Source: Clostridia bacterium
Lineage (GTDB): Bacteria; Bacillota; Clostridia; TANB77; CAG-465
DNA length: 64,000 nt
Assembly (NCBI GenBank): GCA_017626395.1
Contig: JAGAIU010000069.1
Span: forward strand, 34,015 to 98,014
Direction of reading: 5' to 3'
The notes under the pieces are model-generated. The model did no database searches and was not told where the DNA came from. It was given only the letters and a program-made list of their open reading frames with translations. The position numbers were made by a program, and so were the translations under genes. Shown piece after piece: positions 57,612 to 64,000 of the stretch (position 1 is its first letter; the number at the start of each line of letters is the position of its first letter).

Positions 57612-58314
57612 CAAGGATATGTACTTACTGAAACTGCACCAATTGCAGCTTTAACTCCAGAAGCAGATAGAAGAGTAGGTTCTGTTGGTAAAGCGGTATC
57701 TTGTGCTGAAATTAAGATAGATAATCCAAATGAAGATGGTGAAGGCGAAATATTAATTAAGAGTACAACTTTAATGCTTGGATACTATGAAAATGAAGAA
57801 GCAACAAATGATGTTATTAAAGATGGCTGGTTCCATAGTGGAGATATAGGATATATGGATAAAGATGGATTCATATATATTACAGGTATAAGCAAAAACG
57901 TAATAGTTACAGCTAATGGTAAAAATATATATCCAGAAGAAATAGAATTATTACTAAGTAAAGTTCCACTAATATCTGAATGTATGGTATATGGTAAAGG
58001 TGAAAATGAAGATTTAACAATTGCTGTTAAAGTTATACCAAACTATGAATATATTAAAGAAAATGTTAAAGCTGATGCTACAGAAGAAGATATATATAAT
58101 ATGATTTGGGAAGAAATAAAAACTATAAATCATTCTTTAACTTCATACAAAGCAATCAAATTACTAGAAATTAAAAAAGATGAATTTGAAAAAAACTACA
58201 ACAATGAAAATAAAAAGATTTGCTGAATTAAAGAAGGATAAAGAAAAAGAAGAAGCTGAGAAAGCTAAAAAAGAAGAGAAAAAAGAAAAAGTTAAAAAAG
58301 AAGATAAGAAATAA
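57612..58314 (+). pseudogene. truncated, frameshifted copy of the 3' third of the acyl-CoA ligase gene
   Basis: Collinear with 55090-55764 with scattered substitutions. It has no 5' part. One extra A in the run 58189-58195 (7 A against 6 A at 55667-55672) breaks the frame. Confidence 0.85.
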
Positions 58315-58327
58315 GATTAACAAATAA

Positions 58328-58356
58328 AAAAAAGTGTACATAAAGTACACTTTTTG
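58328..58356. terminator. hairpin terminator (family member)
   Basis: AAAAGTGTAC / GTACACTTTT plus T-run. Confidence 0.65.
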
Positions 58357-58443
58357 TCGTTTAAAGTAGTTTAAAATATATAAATTTATTGATAATACTA
58401 TCAAATTGTGATAATATAGGACTCATATAAAAGGAGAATAATT

Positions 58444-59292
58444 ATGGATAGTGTAATTAATAAAAAGAATATTATTGCAACTGTTGTACTTCTTATAGTA
58501 GCTTTAGTTTCAATATTTGGAATATCAAAAATAGCAAGTTCAGTAGAATTTCATAAAAAAACAATAAAAAGTTTAGATGATAAAAAAATAATTGTTATGG
58601 AATTAACAGCGGCGACTGTAGGATCAGCTACTGCTATTGCAGCAATACCTGGAGATGCAACATTGCCATTGGCAAATCAAATAATGGATTTAAGTGGATA
58701 CTTAATTATTGTAATAGGTGTTATTTTCTTTGAAAAGATATTGTTGACACTTACAGGATATATAACTTTTACTTTTTTAATACCAATTGCATGTCTATTG
58801 TATGGTATATATATTTATGTACGTAAAGATTCTTTAAGAAATTTATCGTTGAAATTAGCGATGTTTGGAATAATTATATTTATGATTGTTCCTATTAGTG
58901 TAAAAATAAGTAATTTAATTGAAGAATCATATAAAGCAACAATAAATCAAACTATTGAAGAAGCAAATGAATTACAAAATGATGTAGAAGACCAAGAAGC
59001 AACGAGTGAAGAAGAAAATGGACTATGGAATAAAATTACATCTGCTGTGTCGAATGTGGTTTCATCAATTGGAAACGCGTTTTCTGAATTAATTGAAAAG
59101 GGAAAACAATTATTAAGTAATTTTATTGATGCGATTGCAGTATTGTTAATAACAACTTGTGTTATACCTATAGCAGTATTGTTTTTTATTGTTTGGATTG
59201 TAAAAATTATATTTGATATTACAATACCAGTAAAAAAAGTTAAATTAAATATGCCTAAATTTTTAAATAAAGCTAAAGATGTTGAAGAATAG
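58444..59292 (+). CDS. integral membrane protein, unknown function
   Basis: 282 aa, about six TM segments, acidic loop, RBS AAGGAG. Confidence 0.55.
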   Translation: MDSVINKKNIIATVVLLIVALVSIFGISKIASSVEFHKKTIKSLDDKKIIVMELTAATVGSATAIAAIPGDATLPLANQIMDLSGYLIIVIGVIFFEKILLTLTGYITFTFLIPIACLLYGIYIYVRKDSLRNLSLKLAMFGIIIFMIVPISVKISNLIEESYKATINQTIEEANELQNDVEDQEATSEEENGLWNKITSAVSNVVSSIGNAFSELIEKGKQLLSNFIDAIAVLLITTCVIPIAVLFFIVWIVKIIFDITIPVKKVKLNMPKFLNKAKDVEE

Positions 59293-59364
59293 AAAAAATA
59301 AATAATTGGTTGTTTGTGAAAAAATATGACCATTATATAAGATTTTTAGAAAGAAGGAAAGAAA

Positions 59365-59982
59365 ATGAAAGTCAAAGTAACGATGGATTTATCTACAAAA
59401 GTTGCAAAAGATTGGTTGGCCGGAAAGGTAGACATTTCTAATGCTGTTGTTAGAAGTAGGGATACTGGTAAGATTCTTAAATATGTAAAATTAGGAACAG
59501 AAAATACAATTGATAATGCAAAAAAAGTAGCAAGTAAAGTTACTGGAAAAAATTTGGTAATTGGATTAGGAGTTACTGCTGCTGTTGTGACTATTGGCGG
59601 AATTATTAATTTAGTAATAAATAAAAAAAATGACAAAGAAAGTGTAGGAATACCAAAATGCATAAATGATTTTCAAAAATATTTTCACAAATATTTAAAA
59701 GAGACTCAAAAAGGTGTTATTAATATCAAATCTATTGATTCTTTAATGTCATCATTAGATAAAGTAGAAGAAGTGAAGAGGGAAGAAATTGGAATTGATT
59801 TTTCGACAGATGAAATAAGAAACATATTGGAAAGGATATATGATTTTACTATTAAGATTAATGAAGAATATAGTGGTGAAAAAATAAAAATGAAATTACC
59901 ATCTAAAAATAGTTCAAAAAATATTATATGTTTAAAAGATTATTTAGAAAATCAAAAACAAGTTATAGAAAAAATATCATAA
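59365..59982 (+). CDS. hypothetical protein with one central TM segment
   Basis: 205 aa, RBS GAAGGAAAG, TM LVIGLGVTAAVVTIGGIINLVI. Confidence 0.5.
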   Translation: MKVKVTMDLSTKVAKDWLAGKVDISNAVVRSRDTGKILKYVKLGTENTIDNAKKVASKVTGKNLVIGLGVTAAVVTIGGIINLVINKKNDKESVGIPKCINDFQKYFHKYLKETQKGVINIKSIDSLMSSLDKVEEVKREEIGIDFSTDEIRNILERIYDFTIKINEEYSGEKIKMKLPSKNSSKNIICLKDYLENQKQVIEKIS

Positions 59983-60085
59983 CATTAAAATAATGGATGC
60001 TAACTCGATAGTTAAGGTATAAGTTCTAAAAATGTTTAGAATAAGTAAAGAAGATAAGAAGAAGGATAAGAAATAATGTAAAATA

Positions 60086-60116
60086 AAAGTGCACTTTATA
60101 GTGCACTTTCTTTTTT
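60086..60116. terminator. hairpin terminator (family member)
   Basis: AAAGTGCAC / GTGCACTTT plus T-run. Confidence 0.65.
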
Positions 60117-60123
60117 ATCTAAC

Positions 60124-60152
60124 ATAAAAAAGAACTAGTTTAAACTAGTTCT
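60124..60152 (-). terminator. terminator of tRNA-fMet
   Basis: AGAACTAGTT / AACTAGTTCT stem, followed by a T-run on the minus strand. Confidence 0.65.
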
Positions 60153-60157
60153 ATAGA

Positions 60158-60233
60158 TGGTTGCGGGAGCAAGACTCGAACTTGCGACCTTCGGGTTATG
60201 AGCCCAACGAGCTGCCAACTGCTCCATCCCGCG
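60158..60233 (-). tRNA. initiator tRNA-fMet (anticodon CAT)
   Basis: Reverse complement is CGCGGGATGGAGCAGTTGGCAGCTCGTTGGGCTCATAACCCGAAGGTCGCAAGTTCGAGTCTTGCTCCCGCAACCA. It has a C1-A72 mismatch and three G-C pairs closing the anticodon stem. CCA is encoded. Confidence 0.9.
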
Positions 60234-60386
60234 ATGCTTATTGTTCTTTTATTATAATACAAGAAATTACAAAAGTCAACCCTTTTTAGAAATATTTTAT
60301 GCAAATCATTTGAAAAATATTCTTGAAATATTGAAATTATTGACTTTTTTCATTATCTTGATATAATTAAGGTGGGAGGAATGAAG

Positions 60387-60971
60387 ATGAGATTAGTACT
60401 TGCCTCAAAGTCCATTACAAGAAGAAGTATAATGGATAGTTTGAAGATAAAATATGATGTTGTAACAAGCGATGCAGAAGAAAATTATAAAAGTGAAGAT
60501 CCAAGAAAATATGTTGAAGAATTATCTTTAATTAAAGCAAAAGCTGTTGCAGAAAAAATAGATAGAGAAGATGTAGTAATAATAGCTGCTGATTCTATTA
60601 TATATAAAGATGGTAAAAAATATGAAAAGCCACATAGTATAGAGGAAGTTATTGCTAATTTAAAAGAATTAAGTAATTCTGTAAATCAAGGGATTACAGG
60701 AGTAACAATAGTAGATAAACTTGGCGGAAAAACTTTAACTTTTTCTTGTATTACAGATGTTAAATTTAAAGTTATTGATGAGGAAGATATAAAATGGTAT
60801 ATAGAACATGAAGATCATTTACTAGATAAAGCTGGATATTCTTTAGAGGGAACTATGTCGTTATTTGTGGATAAAATAGATGGAGATTATTACAATGTTT
60901 TAGGATTACCACTTGGTAAAATATATACAAGTATAAAAGAGTTAGGATATGAACTTAAAGATTTTAATTAA
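60387..60971 (+). CDS. maf: Maf-like nucleoside triphosphate pyrophosphatase
   Basis: LVLASKSITRR N-terminus, AADSII and YNVLGLP motifs. ATG 60387 is best spaced from RBS GGTGGGAGG. Confidence 0.8.
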   Translation: MRLVLASKSITRRSIMDSLKIKYDVVTSDAEENYKSEDPRKYVEELSLIKAKAVAEKIDREDVVIIAADSIIYKDGKKYEKPHSIEEVIANLKELSNSVNQGITGVTIVDKLGGKTLTFSCITDVKFKVIDEEDIKWYIEHEDHLLDKAGYSLEGTMSLFVDKIDGDYYNVLGLPLGKIYTSIKELGYELKDFN

Positions 60972-60987
60972 AAAGGAGGAATAGAAT

Positions 60988-61932
60988 ATGTCTATGACTG
61001 TAAAGTCTAAAAACAAATATTTATGCGAAGATAAAAATAAACTAAAAGAGCTTATGAAAGAAGAAGGGTTCATCTTTAAAAATAGTGCTTTAAAAAGAGA
61101 TGAATATTTTGTAGATACAAATAAAAAACTTATATCAAAAGATGCTTGCATAAGAGTAAGGTGTGAAAATGATAAGAAAATAGTATTATCTTTTAACGGA
61201 GATACTGAAAATATAAGTGCACTTAATATAAAATCTCAAGACAAAGTATTTCTAGATATAGCTGAATATGGTAATATTGTATCATTTTTAGCGGATTTAG
61301 GATATTATAAATATGTTAGTATAAATGTTTTAAAAGAGACATATGTGAAAAAAGAAAAAGAATATTACTATAGTATTAATATAGATACAATAGAAAACAT
61401 TGGTGAGTTTATAGATTATGATATTTATACCGAAGAAGATAATGAAGAAAAGACAAATGAAGTCTTTAAGAAATTCGAAGAAACTATGAGTTCATGTTTA
61501 GGAGAGAAGATAGAAGAAAAATATAGAGACTATTCTTCAAGAATAACTTTTGAAACAAAATTAAAAGGTAACTATGTTAAAAAGATATTAGTTGAACTAG
61601 AAAAAATATTTGTAAATTTTAAACAAGATGATGTAGAGAAGTCTATAAAAAATAAATATACAATTTTAAATTTAGAACTTATAGAAAAACTTGAGCAATT
61701 AGGAATAGAAGTAAGCATTGTATATTCTAATCCCAATAGCGAGCTTGTAGAAAATATAAAACTAGCTTTATCTAAAATTGGTTATGGTCCTAAATTTATG
61801 AATATAAAAGAAATAAAAGAAATTGCAGTAAGAGAAACTTTGATTATCGAAAATCAAAAGAAAATAGATTTTAGTGAAGTTGGACTGATAATTTCAAATT
61901 ATTATAAAGTAGAATCGCCTAATAATAAATAA
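60988..61932 (+). CDS. CYTH-domain (CyaB/class IV adenylyl cyclase-like triphosphate tunnel) protein with an extra C-terminal domain
   Basis: 314 aa. The N-terminal ~170 aa (DEYF...CIRVR...GEFIDYDIY) are CYTH-like. The C-terminal ~140 aa are unassigned. Confidence 0.5.
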   Translation: MSMTVKSKNKYLCEDKNKLKELMKEEGFIFKNSALKRDEYFVDTNKKLISKDACIRVRCENDKKIVLSFNGDTENISALNIKSQDKVFLDIAEYGNIVSFLADLGYYKYVSINVLKETYVKKEKEYYYSINIDTIENIGEFIDYDIYTEEDNEEKTNEVFKKFEETMSSCLGEKIEEKYRDYSSRITFETKLKGNYVKKILVELEKIFVNFKQDDVEKSIKNKYTILNLELIEKLEQLGIEVSIVYSNPNSELVENIKLALSKIGYGPKFMNIKEIKEIAVRETLIIENQKKIDFSEVGLIISNYYKVESPNNK

Positions 61933-61954
61933 AAATAAACAGAAATGTAACATA

Positions 61955-61989
61955 AAAGTAACACAAAAACTTATTTGTGTTACTTTTTT
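61955..61989 (+). terminator. intrinsic terminator
   Basis: AAAGTAACACAAA / TTTGTGTTACTTT stem plus T-run. Confidence 0.75.
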
Positions 61990-62168
61990 ATGTTTAGCAA
62001 AAAAGATAGAAAACCACTAATAAAAAGAAAGTTTAAAATCAATGAAAAAAAAGACAAAAAATATTAAAAAAAACGGATATAATTGCTTCAAAAATGCTTG
62101 AATTAAGATTTTTATTATGCTATTATATAAGAGTAAACAATGTGTTTATAAGGGGGGAATTTTAAATT

Positions 62169-64000
62169 ATGAAAAAAACTTTCAGAATAAAAACTTTGGT
62201 ACTTTGTATGTTAGCTATGATGGTTCTAACATTTGTACCAAACGTGCAAGCCGCTGGATATGTTAACACTGTTGAAGATGAAAACGATGCAGCGATTGTA
62301 TGTAGCATGATGGCAGATAAAACTGATGTTAAACCAGGAGATGTTATAACAGTAACATTAACATTAGATAAAGTACCAGCTAGTGGTCTTTCTGCTATAG
62401 ATGCTAGAATAATATTCGATTCTTCAAAAGTTAAATTACAAACTTATGAAGATGAGTATGGCGATGAATATCTTTCTGTTATACCAGAAGGTGTTTTTGC
62501 TAATACAAAAAGATGGACTCACGATTTAGGAACAGTAGCAGATGATGAAATTGCTAACGGTGTAAGTGTTCCATCTGCATTAGTTGCAAAAGATATTGAA
62601 TATGCAACTAGCCAAACAGGAACTGTTTGCACATATAAATTTGAAGTATTAAACACTGCAGAAGGCGGACCAATAACAATGTATGTTAAATCTGCAGAAG
62701 ATAATGGTTTCTATGTAACAGGTGTTAAAGAAGTTGGTGGAGTATTAGATACTGACGATACAGTAACACGTTACTTAAAAACAAACTTAACAGATATAAA
62801 AATATCTGTACCTGCTACAGGAGTAAAATTCGATGGAATAACAGGAGCTACTCTTGATACAGCAGAAAACAAAAAAATGAGTGTTGCTAAATATGTTGTT
62901 ATAGATCCAACAAATACAACTGATACAATGTCTTGGAGTTCAGAAAACGAAAATGTTGCAACAGTTGATAGCAATGGGGTAATAACAGCAGTTGGAAAAG
63001 GAACAACTAACGTTGTTGTTAAAGTTGGAAATTATACAGCTAAATTACCTGTAACTGTAACAATTCCACTAGAAGGTGTTGAATTCAAAAACTTAGATAA
63101 AGTAGAACTAGATGTTACTACTAATAAAGTAATAGACATTTCTGGTAATGTTAACTTATTACCAGCTGGAGCAGAAGCTGCAGGATATGAATGGTCTTCA
63201 AGTGATGAAACAGTTGTTACCGTAAAAGATGGTTTAGTAACAGCAGTTGGAAAAGGAACAGCTGAAATAACTGTTAAAGTTGGAAAATTTGAAGCTACAG
63301 TTCCTGTAACAGTAACAGCTTCAGTAGGAAGTGTAAGTTTTGATCTTCCAAAATTAGTTTTAGATACTGAAACTAAAACAGAAGCTAACTTAAAAGATTC
63401 AATAGTTACAGACCCAGTAAATGCAGATGTTAAATCTATAACTTGGGAATCTTCAGATGAAGATGTTGTAACAGTAGATGCTGAAGGTAAAGTAAAAGTT
63501 GTTGGAAAAGGAACAGCTGAAATTACAGTAACAGTAGATGGAAAAACAGCTACTATACCAGTTAGTGTAACAGTTCCAATCAAAGGAATAACTGTTGATG
63601 TAGAAACTGTTGAAGTATTTAAAGGAGATGTTGCTAAAGTAGTTGTAACTGCTACTCCAGAAGGTGCAGAATGGACAACTTTAGATGCATCATTTAGATC
63701 AGGAAGCGAATATGCAACAGCTAAATCTGTAGAAGATGGTGTAGAAATTGAAGGTCTTGCTGAAGGTGAAGCTCTAGTTGTTATCGCAGCAGACAAAGCT
63801 ACAACAGGTGAACTTGTAAAACTTGTAAAAGTAGTAGTTAAAGAAAACAAAGTTACTGATTTCCAAATTGATGGAAATGACGAAGCAATTCTAAGAGGAG
63901 AAGTTAAAGAATTAGGTGTTGTATATGGAACTGAAATACCAGAAACAGAACATGAAACAACTGATGATACAACAGTAACTTGGGAATCTTTAAATGAAGA
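62169..64000 (+). CDS. secreted surface protein: cohesin-like N-terminal domain plus tandem Big_2 (bacterial Ig-like) domains. Partial, runs off the right edge.
   Basis: RBS AAGGGGGG, signal peptide ...TFVPNVQA/AG. GDVITVTLTLDKVP...IDARIIFDSSKV is cohesin-like. There are at least five repeats with the VTAVGKGTAEITV hallmark. I saw no stop before base 64000. Absent from the track because the ORF is unterminated. Confidence 0.75.
   Translation, partial: MKKTFRIKTLVLCMLAMMVLTFVPNVQAAGYVNTVEDENDAAIVCSMMADKTDVKPGDVITVTLTLDKVPASGLSAIDARIIFDSSKVKLQTYEDEYGDEYLSVIPEGVFANTKRWTHDLGTVADDEIANGVSVPSALVAKDIEYATSQTGTVCTYKFEVLNTAEGGPITMYVKSAEDNGFYVTGVKEVGGVLDTDDTVTRYLKTNLTDIKISVPATGVKFDGITGATLDTAENKKMSVAKYVVIDPTNTTDTMSWSSENENVATVDSNGVITAVGKGTTNVVVKVGNYTAKLPVTVTIPLEGVEFKNLDKVELDVTTNKVIDISGNVNLLPAGAEAAGYEWSSSDETVVTVKDGLVTAVGKGTAEITVKVGKFEATVPVTVTASVGSVSFDLPKLVLDTETKTEANLKDSIVTDPVNADVKSITWESSDEDVVTVDAEGKVKVVGKGTAEITVTVDGKTATIPVSVTVPIKGITVDVETVEVFKGDVAKVVVTATPEGAEWTTLDASFRSGSEYATAKSVEDGVEIEGLAEGEALVVIAADKATTGELVKLVKVVVKENKVTDFQIDGNDEAILRGEVKELGVVYGTEIPETEHETTDDTTVTWESLNE

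Overview
AT-rich, low-GC Firmicute (Clostridia-like) chromosomal segment. Almost all genes are on the + strand. The backbone is housekeeping: rimO, rho, argS, rpmF, prfB, two pseudouridine synthases, trmN6-like, rsmI, rnhB, xth, fba, pnp, glyQS, cdaA, greA, lysS, comEB-like, trmL, maf, plus an elongator tRNA-Met and an initiator tRNA-fMet. Nucleobase salvage genes and a dipicolinate synthase B subunit are also present. Several accessory patches interrupt this backbone and are the most interesting part. (1) A 5.7 kb islet sits between two copies of the last 85 nt of argS. It carries an ECF sigma/anti-sigma pair, two near-identical ECF-type promoters and secreted hydrolases. (2) A Fic gene is followed by ten tandem 40-bp dyad-symmetric units whose arms show compensatory changes. 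(3) A TetR-controlled cassette encodes two paralogous 11-residue-repeat miniproteins, two small membrane proteins and an HxxxD acyltransferase-like protein. (4) Nested partial copies of the 3' end of an acyl-CoA ligase gene bracket two more islets next to tRNA-fMet. One of these islets holds a second small metzincin. (5) A single ORF fuses a uracil permease to uracil phosphoribosyltransferase, behind a leader with a short ORF and a terminator. No CRISPR array, integrase, transposase or rRNA was seen. All calls come from reading the sequence and the ORF translations by eye. No database search was run, so family assignments rest on recognisable motifs and the novelty claims are hypotheses.
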